DNA from: Candidatus Saccharimonadota bacterium
Lineage (GTDB): Archaea > Micrarchaeota > Micrarchaeia > Micrarchaeales > Micrarchaeaceae
DNA length: 32,000 nucleotides
NCBI GenBank assembly: GCA_963698035.1
Contig: OY969114.1
Location: 630,001 to 662,000, forward strand
Direction: 5' to 3'
Every line of letters starts with the position of its first letter. Position 1 is the stretch's first letter. The position numbers were made by a program, and so were the translations under genes. This document shows, in pieces, positions 1 through 7,982 of the stretch. Below the pieces are notes generated by a model. The model was not told where the DNA came from. It worked only from the letters and a program-made list of their open reading frames with translations, and did not search any database.

Positions 1-2469
1 GGGAGTCTGATTGAACAGCCCGTTGTACGAAGAGGCTAGCGGCCAATAATCTACCGGCGTTATCCCGTTAACCGTATTGTTCTGGTAGAGCTGCTCCATC
101 TGTCCAGTCGAAAGCGGGGCATTGTATAGTTGCACGTCTGCCATTTCACCTATGAAATTTCCATCACCGCAGTATGCTTGGCCAAGCCCTATCCCTATCC
201 CATTAGCGGTTGAGAAGCTGTTTGTGTTTATGACGGTTTGCTGCTGACCATTAAGCTGGAAAAGGTAGTTGCCAGTTGCAGGTGTCACAGACAATGCAAC
301 AAACATCCAACTGTTCAAATTGCTCGGTGTGACTGCAGGGGATGCCATTGTGTCTGCAGAGGTGCACCGATGGATAAACAAGTTCCCATTACTGCCTTGC
401 GCAGCAAGACCAAATGATTGGTAACCGGTCCAGGAGAAAAGGGATTCTACATCATTTGAACCGAAGTTAAATGCTGTGGGGTCAATCCACATCGCTATTG
501 CGAATGGATAGTTACTGCCTGAAAGGCTCGATACAGTGTTAATAATGCCATTTCCATTGAAGGAGATGCCCTGCGGCACTATCCCATTATAGAGACCTAG
601 GGCGCCGGTCTCATTTAGCACTATCCTATTGGAGACGGCAAGCGCCCTGGATCCAAGGTAGAGGTGGCTGTAGGAGCTGTTCCCGCACTGCTGCAGGTTC
701 GCGCAGTTGAGCACCCCCTTCACAGCGCTTGAGTTGTAGCCGTTCAGCAGGTTGTGGAATATCGGGTCCATCGTATAGCCCTGCAGGTTGTAGTATACTA
801 CGTTTGTAGGTGTGCCGTTGATGTTGTATCCCGAATAGTCATTCGCGTTTCCGTTCAGTGGATACCAGGCAACGAGCGTAGAGTTGAATATTGGTGGGCC
901 ATAGAGCCCACTAGTATATAGGCTCGATACCTGCGCAGGCGAGAGCGATGTGCTGTAGACTTGAACGTTTGCGATTGAACCGCTATAATAGTCCCCCGAG
1001 TCGCCCCCTATGGTGAAAACGCTATTCCCACCCAGGGTAAAACTGCCCGTACCCTCATTATTGCCATTTATATAAATGTAGGCTTTCCCCGAATTATATA
1101 CCCCAACTACCTGATACCACGTGTTTGCTGCTAAGGGTATAGTTGCGCTAAGTCTACCATGCCCGACACATCCAAAATATATGACCCCAGGACCGTCTTC
1201 TCCCGCTCCAAGCCCAGTCACGCCCGCGATATTGCAGCCACCTTCTCCGGCAATCTGTGTTATGCCGGATAGTGTAGCCAAGTTAACCCAGGCTGAAATC
1301 GTAAATTGTTGGAGTGTATTTGATATAATGACTGTGTTTGTGTTAATTTCGCTTATTCCGTTGAAGCTGGCATCCTGCCTGTTCAACAGGTTGAAAGAGA
1401 AGAGTCCGCCAGGCCCTTCCTTGGTGGTCGACTGCTGTACGTTTTGCAGGTAGTTCGGGGAGTAGTTGGATGCAAAGTAGTAGCCGTTCTGTATCGCTGT
1501 CTGCAGCGGCGTCAGGTCCAAAAGCGAGAGCGAGGCTCCATTGAGCAGCGCAATCGTCCCGTTGGGTATCACGTTCGCGGAGAGCTGGTTCGCGGTGTAG
1601 ATTAGATAGGACACAGTGACTCCGCTGGCCGGCAGCGCATTCGTCACAAGGCCTATCGCACCACAGGCCGTCAGCCCCAGGTTCGCTGCGTTAGGTGTCA
1701 CCAGTATGAAGGAATTTGCCGGCAACGTCGGCATATTGGAGCATGATGTGGGCGTCCCTCCTAGGTAAACTAGAGTGCCGTATGCGAACATGAAGGGGCT
1801 CCTACTTCCAGCTATAGCAAGAGAATTGGCTATCAGGATTGGGTAGGGATATTTAGATATGCTTTTTATCGTGCTGGGGTTGTCGCTTTCAGCGCCATAT
1901 ATGTCCTGCGTTCCGTTTATGCTCACATTCGCAACCGCCGATATTCCATAGGTAACATAGCCGTAGCTCGAGTTGAGCGTGGCGAGCCCGGTCAGCTTTG
2001 CGGTCACCACGAACGGGTTTGTCTGGTATACGCTTATGCTGAGGTTGCTCAGGGTGAGCACTCCCTGCTGCGCCCCAGGGCTGTTAAGCACCGCGCTCAC
2101 ATATTGGGCCAGTGTTGCGCCGCCCATGTAGCTCGACATGTTTGTGCCGTAAATAGTCCCGTTCGTCATCAGGCTTTCAAGCCCATACTGTGTGTTGTTC
2201 ACGAAGGTGGAGTACCTGAGGCTCGGCGTTCCCTCATAAATCGCGAGTGCATTGAGCGCATTGTTGAGGCTCGATGACAGGAACGCTGATGACCCGGAAT
2301 TAAGGAGGCTTACCAGACCCGCCGAGCTTAGGGCAGCGCTTCCGTTCGCTCCCAGCTGGTCGTAGCTTATGCCAAGCACTATATATGTTATGAGCTCCCC
2401 GAGCATCAAGACGAAGAGCACTATCATGGTAAGTGTCAGAAGAACGCCTTTCTTTGTCTTCGGTTTCAT
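1..2469 (-). CDS. Pilin-like (class III signal) surface protein with tandem LamG/ConA-like lectin modules. The 5' end is complete; the 3' end runs off the left window edge (at least 823 aa).
   Basis: Absent from the ORF track because no stop occurs before position 1. I translated the minus strand by hand from ATG 2469..2467 to position 1: 823 codons, no stop. The N-terminus is MKPKTKKG/VLLTLTMIVLFVLMLGE (basic stretch, Gly, hydrophobic helix). LamG-type modules end in IANVQVYSTSLSPAQVSSLYTSG (about 905-975) and MADVQLYNAPLSTGQMEQLYQNN (about 80-150). Each is followed by a W[WY]PL linker: AWYPLNGNANDYSG at 829-870 and DYWPL at 37-51. The start overlaps the upstream stop (ATGA at 2466-2469). 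Confidence 0.8.
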   Translation of the reverse strand, partial: MKPKTKKGVLLTLTMIVLFVLMLGELITYIVLGISYDQLGANGSAALSSAGLVSLLNSGSSAFLSSSLNNALNALAIYEGTPSLRYSTFVNNTQYGLESLMTNGTIYGTNMSSYMGGATLAQYVSAVLNSPGAQQGVLTLSNLSISVYQTNPFVVTAKLTGLATLNSSYGYVTYGISAVANVSINGTQDIYGAESDNPSTIKSISKYPYPILIANSLAIAGSRSPFMFAYGTLVYLGGTPTSCSNMPTLPANSFILVTPNAANLGLTACGAIGLVTNALPASGVTVSYLIYTANQLSANVIPNGTIALLNGASLSLLDLTPLQTAIQNGYYFASNYSPNYLQNVQQSTTKEGPGGLFSFNLLNRQDASFNGISEINTNTVIISNTLQQFTISAWVNLATLSGITQIAGEGGCNIAGVTGLGAGEDGPGVIYFGCVGHGRLSATIPLAANTWYQVVGVYNSGKAYIYINGNNEGTGSFTLGGNSVFTIGGDSGDYYSGSIANVQVYSTSLSPAQVSSLYTSGLYGPPIFNSTLVAWYPLNGNANDYSGYNINGTPTNVVYYNLQGYTMDPIFHNLLNGYNSSAVKGVLNCANLQQCGNSSYSHLYLGSRALAVSNRIVLNETGALGLYNGIVPQGISFNGNGIINTVSSLSGSNYPFAIAMWIDPTAFNFGSNDVESLFSWTGYQSFGLAAQGSNGNLFIHRCTSADTMASPAVTPSNLNSWMFVALSVTPATGNYLFQLNGQQQTVINTNSFSTANGIGIGLGQAYCGDGNFIGEMADVQLYNAPLSTGQMEQLYQNNTVNGITPVDYWPLASSYNGLFNQTP

Positions 2470-4619
2470 CTCCATATCACCACCCCGACTTTGTAGAGTT
2501 TGCTTACGTTTCTCAGGCTGAGCGGGAACGAGGCAGCGCTGACCTCGTACGAATTGATGAGCGGTATCGGGCTGAAGGGCATGCTCACATAAACCACGTT
2601 AGATGGGTAGCCAACATTGCCGAATCCGCTGTAGTCATTCGCGTCGCCGTCGAGCGGATACCACGCAATAATAGAGACCAAGCTGGTGTTCTGGACAGGC
2701 ACGGCCGCCATGCCGCCACGATACTTGCTCTCAATCTGGCTGCCGTTCAGCGCCCCATCGTATAGCTGCATGTCCGCTATCACCCCGTTAAAAGGATGCC
2801 CATTAAGACCTGTCTGCTCCCCAGCTCCTATCTGTGCAGTAACAGTGTTCGAAATAAGGCTGCCTGGCCTTGATGAGGTTCCCGCAAGGGCACCATCTAC
2901 GTAAATGCTTAATGTATTCCCATTCCATGTGCACGCCGTGTAATACCAGGTATTTGGCTGCGCGATTATACCACTGCTTGCACGTGGCTCAACTGAACCG
3001 TCTGATAATTTGACCCAGCAATTAATTTGATTTTCTACTCCCGAGGCACCACCCTCCAAACGCAAAAAGACTTGGTTGTTGTTGAATAATTCTTGAGCGA
3101 CTCCATTACTAGTAGTTGGCCTGCGTGTATTGAACCATGTACTTACTGTTAGCGCTGTTGGCCATGTTGGTTCACTGTCTAAGTTTATGTGGCTGTTCTT
3201 CCCGTTGAAGCTTGCCACTCCCAGAGACGGGGCGTAACTCCCATTTATGAATATCCCAAGGTTGCTAGACCTGTATGAGCTGTTGAGGAGCTGCGTTGCG
3301 CATCCTCCCTCCCCATTCAGGTACATCGCCCCTATCGCCTGCAGTATGCTCTCGCCGCCCGGCGCGCTGCACGTGCCGAACGCATATAGGGTGCTTCCGC
3401 CCGTCAGGTAAGCGTTGCCGTATGCGAGCGGCACGTCCTGAAAGGCGAGGTTTGTCGACGCTGGAAGCGTTATGCTCCAACGCTGCAGGTCGCTGCCGGT
3501 GATGTTGTACGAGACGAAATTTGTAAGACCGGCAACCGTGTAGAGCTGCGTCTGCGTCGTCGATGGTATCACATTGGCAGTGGCAGGTATGGAAAATTCA
3601 TTTGTTGCACAGCCACAGCTGAAGTTTATCTCCCATATAATGTTACTGAAGGTGTAGTATGCATTGCCGCCAAGTATCGAGCCGGCGCCGGTGATACTTC
3701 CGGTGGATATGGTGTCTATCCACCGGGTGCTGCCTCCAGTTGTCATTGCAAAAATCTGGTTCCCACTGCCGACCAGTATCATGTTGCCTGTTGCCGATGG
3801 GCTCACCGTAGTCCCAGTGGCGAGTGCCCTCTGCCATGCCTGCGTTATTCCTGCGCTGTTCAGCGAGAATGCATACAGGTAATTCTGGCCTGCCGTTGAG
3901 GTGCTCACAATCAACTCCCCCGAAATATAAGCCGGCACGGTAGCCTGTGCAGCAAGAGGGAGCGTCGATATAATGTTTCCATTGAGCGGGCTGGCCACTA
4001 TGACATTGCTGCCAGAGCCAAACGCGATGTAGTTATTTGCAATAGTGAGCGGTGTGCTCGCCGCCAATGAGAGCACACTCGATCTCCAGATGACGTTGCC
4101 GTTTTTCTGAATGGCTGTTAGGTAGCCTGTAGAGTTAGCATAGATTACGGACCCCTTGTAGATTATCGGGTAAAGAACGCTCCCGGATATGCCCTTGCTC
4201 AGTATCTGTTTTCCTGTGGTCGCATTCACCAGGTATATCGTGCTTCCTGTCCCAAATACCGCCATGCCGGAATCAACCGACACCGGCGTGCTTATCGGCG
4301 CCGCAGCGCTGAACTGAAAGAGGAGCATCGGCAGCATCGGTCCGCTCGCGGATGTAGCCGCAAGAGGGCCGCCTCCCGCGAAATAGGGCCAGGTTGCATA
4401 TGCTGCGCTCGAATTTACCGCGGCGACTGCATACTGCGACGCAAAGCTGGCCAGATTTGTCTGCATCAGTGTCTGCGCCACGCTGTACGCTTCCGATGTC
4501 GTAACCTGGAAACTCGCCGGCTCTGTGAAATTTGCGTAGACGAGTATCCCTACGGCCGCGGTCGCCACTATCAGTGAAAAGACCGCATCGACCGTGAATA
4601 TGAATCCCTTTATTTTCAT
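2466..4619 (-). CDS. Pilin-like (class III signal) protein with a beta-propeller-like repeat region and a C-terminal LamG/ConA-like domain.
   Basis: 717-aa ORF. The N-terminus is MKIKG/FIFTVDAVFSLIVATAAVGILV (Lys-Gly, then a hydrophobic helix). The middle roughly 330 aa consist of recurring short beta-strand/turn units (e.g. GSTIYLVNATTGKQI, GSVIYANSTGYLTAIQKNGNVIWRS, GNQIFAMTTGGSTRWI, GSTLYAFG) resembling PQQ/BamB-like propeller blades. The C-terminal module runs SFNGKNSHINLD...TWYYTACTWNGNTLSIYVDGAL...NGVIADMQLYDGALNGSQIESKY and matches the LamG pattern. It is followed by AWYPLDGDANDYSGFGN. Confidence 0.75.
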   Translation of the reverse strand: MKIKGFIFTVDAVFSLIVATAAVGILVYANFTEPASFQVTTSEAYSVAQTLMQTNLASFASQYAVAAVNSSAAYATWPYFAGGGPLAATSASGPMLPMLLFQFSAAAPISTPVSVDSGMAVFGTGSTIYLVNATTGKQILSKGISGSVLYPIIYKGSVIYANSTGYLTAIQKNGNVIWRSSVLSLAASTPLTIANNYIAFGSGSNVIVASPLNGNIISTLPLAAQATVPAYISGELIVSTSTAGQNYLYAFSLNSAGITQAWQRALATGTTVSPSATGNMILVGSGNQIFAMTTGGSTRWIDTISTGSITGAGSILGGNAYYTFSNIIWEINFSCGCATNEFSIPATANVIPSTTQTQLYTVAGLTNFVSYNITGSDLQRWSITLPASTNLAFQDVPLAYGNAYLTGGSTLYAFGTCSAPGGESILQAIGAMYLNGEGGCATQLLNSSYRSSNLGIFINGSYAPSLGVASFNGKNSHINLDSEPTWPTALTVSTWFNTRRPTTSNGVAQELFNNNQVFLRLEGGASGVENQINCWVKLSDGSVEPRASSGIIAQPNTWYYTACTWNGNTLSIYVDGALAGTSSRPGSLISNTVTAQIGAGEQTGLNGHPFNGVIADMQLYDGALNGSQIESKYRGGMAAVPVQNTSLVSIIAWYPLDGDANDYSGFGNVGYPSNVVYVSMPFSPIPLINSYEVSAASFPLSLRNVSKLYKVGVVIWR

Positions 4620-4623
4620 AGCA

Positions 4624-5187
4624 TCAACTCACTGAGCCCGTACTGCTGCTCCAGACGAACACCTCTATCTGTACAGGCGCTCCGTTAAGGAACGCGCTCC
4701 TTCTGCTTAAAAATGTTGTAACCGCGCCGTTCATAGTGGGATTCTCCCCAAGCGTAATATTAAGCGAGCTTCCAGATATGGTTATGTAATAATTGTATGT
4801 TGTTCCGAGTGCCTGTCCGGCGCCGGAGTAGTTGTAGTTCACCATAGACTGCAGGGCATAGAGCTTCGCCCCGGAGAGGCTCGAAGAGCCCGGCGAGGAG
4901 GCCAGCCCTATTCCAACACTAGTCCAAGCGCTTACCGAGTGCAGTACCACTATCGCCTGCCAGTTGGATGGGCTTCCTGCAGAGAGCAGGTTCTGCGCCA
5001 CCCCCTGCGCCTGCAGCTGCATTATGTACGAGGTGCCACCCGAAGCTATTGAGAGCTGGTTGCTCACATCGAGCCACGCTATCGACAGTATGGTTATCGC
5101 TGACATGAATATTATTATGGCGAAGATCGCGTCGAAGCTCCAGAACTGCGCCCCGAAGCCCTTCCCGATGTATCTTTGGCGGTCCAT
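4624..5187 (-). CDS. Small pilin-like protein (class III signal peptide, about 150-aa globular domain).
   Basis: 187-aa ORF with ATG at 5187. The N-terminus is MDRQRYIGKGFGAQ/FWSFDAIFAIIIFMSAITILSIAWL. It shares the F-x-[ST]-x-D-A-[VI]-F-[SA]-[LI]-I motif with the downstream gene (FTVDAVFSLIV). A 4-nt spacer separates it from both neighbours. The size and Ser/Gly/Asn-rich body are typical of archaeal pilins. Confidence 0.6.
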   Translation of the reverse strand: MDRQRYIGKGFGAQFWSFDAIFAIIIFMSAITILSIAWLDVSNQLSIASGGTSYIMQLQAQGVAQNLLSAGSPSNWQAIVVLHSVSAWTSVGIGLASSPGSSSLSGAKLYALQSMVNYNYSGAGQALGTTYNYYITISGSSLNITLGENPTMNGAVTTFLSRRSAFLNGAPVQIEVFVWSSSTGSVS

Positions 5188-5191
5188 GCAA

Positions 5192-7897
5192 TCATCCTAC
5201 CGATGCGTTTGTTATCGTAGGCGTTGGGAAACCCTGCTGGTAGAGTTGCTCTATCTGCCCGTTGGTGAGCGATGTGTTGTAGATTTGAAAGTCTACGATT
5301 GAATATGGGGGCACAGAACCACTAGGTTTGCCTATAATAAAAGATGGCGAGTTGTAAGAAAGAGTAGCTGGAATGGGCGATCCCACTCCCTGTCCGTTTA
5401 CGTAAAAATACATATCTGACCCGTTAAACGTTCCTGCAAGGAAATACCAAGCACCAGCGGAAATACCTCCAGCGCTTATCTCGTACCTAGTTCCACTATT
5501 CCAGATATTCCAATCGAAATAGCCATGGTCCAAAATCATATCGTAACAACCGCCAAAATTACACCCATCATTGACAAAGTTACCTGCCCATAAACTACTT
5601 TCATAAACCCACATTGTTAGTGTTACTGTGTTTGTTGGTTTAAGAGTGCTTACTGCAGGTAACGAAATGTAGTTGCTTACTCCGTTGAAGAGGGGGAGGA
5701 GGGTGGGGCTCTGTGCACTGGGCGAGCTAGAGTATACAACAGAGTTGTAAACTACCCCTGTGGACGTTATCGAGTACGGGCTCTGCAGTGCGGCGTAGTT
5801 GGCGCCGCTGCCTGTCATCGGCCACCATCCAACCAGCCCTTCGTTTGGCACAGGTGTCCCGATCATCCCCTCAGAATACAGCTCGCTTATCTGCGATGCC
5901 GATAGCGTTGTGTTGTATATTTGTACGTCCGAGATGTTCCCTGTCCAATAGGTGGAATAACCCGAGCCGATGGTGAGCGAATTCGATGATGAGCTGAGTG
6001 CCCCCGAGACAACGGAATTCGACGTTCCAATGAGCTTCCCATTCATGTATATTGATATCGTGTTTGTCGATGACTGGTAGGCGGCAGCGCCGAAATACCA
6101 GGTGTCTGGCGATATGGCTGTGCTTGCTTGATAGTAACTGGTGCCGCTAGAGGTGGTTAGCCTAGAACCTAAGAAGGTACTAGAGGAATATAGGTCATAA
6201 TCATCCCCTTTTCCTACAGTTATAGGCTTCGCAACGATCCTCTCGCTGCTCGTCGTGGTCGGCTCGAACCATGCAGCTATGGTTACGTTTGTCGGGCTCA
6301 GTCCAGGCGCGTTCGCAACCGAGATGGAACTGCTTGCCCCGTTGAACTGCGCCGTCAGGGTGGCGCTCTCATTCGGGAGGTAGCCATATGCGCCCTTGGT
6401 GAATGTTCCGTTGTCGCCGCTTCCGCTGTAATCATATATGGTATTAGAGTTGCCTATGTCAAGCGGCCACCAGCCCTTCAAATTGTATGTTGTCGTAAGG
6501 TTGCCGTTGAAGTATATTGATTGCGCCTGGAATCTTCCCGAAATGCCGTTAGAGACGAGCAGGGTATCCTGCAGCCCGTTGCTTCCTGTCGTTGTTGCAA
6601 TCGAGTTGTAGCTGCCGAGCAGGCCGTTCGTGCTCCAGAAGCCGAGAGGCACGCCAGAGAGGGGATACCCGCCGAAGCTGCTCACCCTCGCCTGCAAGGC
6701 TATTACCGATGTGAGCGGAGCATTGTACGGTGTGCCGGTGTTGCCTTTGCCGCTATAATCGTTGAAGTTCCCATTGAGAGGCCACCACCCAACAAGTCCG
6801 CTAACCAGATTGGTAGGAGCAGAAGAGGGGCCGTTTGAATATATGGCCGCAATCTGCTGCTGCGAGAGCGATGCGTTGTAGACCTGCACGCCAGATATGT
6901 AGCCGTTGAAGTAGGTCCCGTTCGCAGGCGCCCCACCTATGGTGAGGTTCGAAGGCCCCTCAAAACCTCCCACCGAGAAGGTGTTCGATGCGACCGGATT
7001 CCCGTTTATGTAGATTGTGGCGGTTGAGCCCGAGCTGTTGTATGTCGCTGCTATGTTGTACAAGATGTTCGTGGACAACAGGTCGGGGCTGCCCTGCAGC
7101 ATCTTGTTGCCGTCATTTGTCACAAAGGAGGGCGCCCCATAGTTTGTCACGGCGAGCATGAAAGGCTGGGACGAATGCCCAAATTCACCCACTATTGGGT
7201 TCGCCACGTTGACCTGGCCAGTGGCAGGGTACGCCTGTATGGTGCTCATGTATACCCACGCATCAAGGGTTATGCTGCTGGGCACCTTCAACGTCGGGGA
7301 ATTCGCAACTACCACGACGCTGCTGCTGCTCGCTGTAAAGTGCGGCGCGTTGATGCTAGCCTGCTGGAAGAGAGAGAGGTTCTCTGCAAGCGAAGGCAGC
7401 GAGGGCATCAGCTTGTCTATGTAGATAATGCCGCCTGCGTTTGTGATGGTCAGGTATCCAGCATATAATGGCAATACATAGAGGACTATGCCGTTAGCGC
7501 TTGAAACCGGCGTCCCATTGACTGCGAGGTTCCTGGCGCTGCTGGCCGCCTCGCCCACTATCCTCTCCTTCCCTACGGTTGTGTTGGCGAAGATCAGCCC
7601 CGTGGTCGATACCGATATATTATATGGTATGTAACCTATGCCTGCACTCAACGGTGCAATTATGGAGTAGCCACTCCCCGCCTGCAACGCCTGGTTGATG
7701 TAGCCTGCCACGCTCTGCGCTATGAGCTGCATCAGCACCGACTGCTGCTGCGCAAGCGATACCGACCTCTCATTTGCTATCACCGCGAAGACTACCACAA
7801 AAATTATGAGCACGATGGAGTACACTATCATGAATTCGAGCGCGATCTGCGATCGCGCCACCGGTCTGTCAGAATTCTTCTTCTCTCCCCCCATCAA
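5192..7897 (-). CDS. Pilin-like (class III signal, QxAxEF type) surface protein with three LamG/ConA-like lectin modules.
   Basis: 901-aa ORF starting at TTG 7897, with ATG one codon later at 7894. The N-terminus is ...DRPVARSQ/IALEFMIVYSIVLIIFVVVFAVIANE, which matches the archaeal prepilin Q-x-[SA]-x-E-[FY] pattern. Three modules lie at aa ~186-356, ~515-677 and ~733-889. Each ends in [VF]Q[VI]YN[AT]SL[ST]..QI..[IL]Y..G. Linkers are GWWPLNGNFNDYSGKGNTG (6746-6790), KGWWPLDIGNSNTIYDYSG (6422-6478) and GWWPMTGSGANY (5795-5830). Confidence 0.8.
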   Translation of the reverse strand: MMGGEKKNSDRPVARSQIALEFMIVYSIVLIIFVVVFAVIANERSVSLAQQQSVLMQLIAQSVAGYINQALQAGSGYSIIAPLSAGIGYIPYNISVSTTGLIFANTTVGKERIVGEAASSARNLAVNGTPVSSANGIVLYVLPLYAGYLTITNAGGIIYIDKLMPSLPSLAENLSLFQQASINAPHFTASSSSVVVVANSPTLKVPSSITLDAWVYMSTIQAYPATGQVNVANPIVGEFGHSSQPFMLAVTNYGAPSFVTNDGNKMLQGSPDLLSTNILYNIAATYNSSGSTATIYINGNPVASNTFSVGGFEGPSNLTIGGAPANGTYFNGYISGVQVYNASLSQQQIAAIYSNGPSSAPTNLVSGLVGWWPLNGNFNDYSGKGNTGTPYNAPLTSVIALQARVSSFGGYPLSGVPLGFWSTNGLLGSYNSIATTTGSNGLQDTLLVSNGISGRFQAQSIYFNGNLTTTYNLKGWWPLDIGNSNTIYDYSGSGDNGTFTKGAYGYLPNESATLTAQFNGASSSISVANAPGLSPTNVTIAAWFEPTTTSSERIVAKPITVGKGDDYDLYSSSTFLGSRLTTSSGTSYYQASTAISPDTWYFGAAAYQSSTNTISIYMNGKLIGTSNSVVSGALSSSSNSLTIGSGYSTYWTGNISDVQIYNTTLSASQISELYSEGMIGTPVPNEGLVGWWPMTGSGANYAALQSPYSITSTGVVYNSVVYSSSPSAQSPTLLPLFNGVSNYISLPAVSTLKPTNTVTLTMWVYESSLWAGNFVNDGCNFGGCYDMILDHGYFDWNIWNSGTRYEISAGGISAGAWYFLAGTFNGSDMYFYVNGQGVGSPIPATLSYNSPSFIIGKPSGSVPPYSIVDFQIYNTSLTNGQIEQLYQQGFPTPTITNASVG

Positions 7898-7982
7898 ACC
7901 TGATATAAATCAATCGTAATTTATTTATAATGTCCCAGCGGCCCTGTAATAGCAATAAATAGTTTGAGTACGGTATAATGGC
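7898..7982. promoter_or_regulatory. Divergent promoter region between the pilin/LamG operon and hel308.
   Basis: 85-nt AT-rich spacer. AATAAATA at 7954-7961 lies 22-29 nt upstream of the hel308 ATG (7983). TTATAAAT on the minus strand (7923-7930) lies 26-33 nt upstream of the operon start (7897/7894). The spacing fits archaeal TATA boxes driving leaderless or short-leader mRNAs. Confidence 0.45.

Noticed and set aside
1121-1453. The 110-aa plus-strand ORF in the track, which is the only ORF listed for 1-2400.
   Set aside because: It lies antisense to the hand-verified 823-codon LamG/pilin gene. It is Pro/Ser/Cys-rich, has no recognisable features and starts at GTG. It is a shadow ORF.
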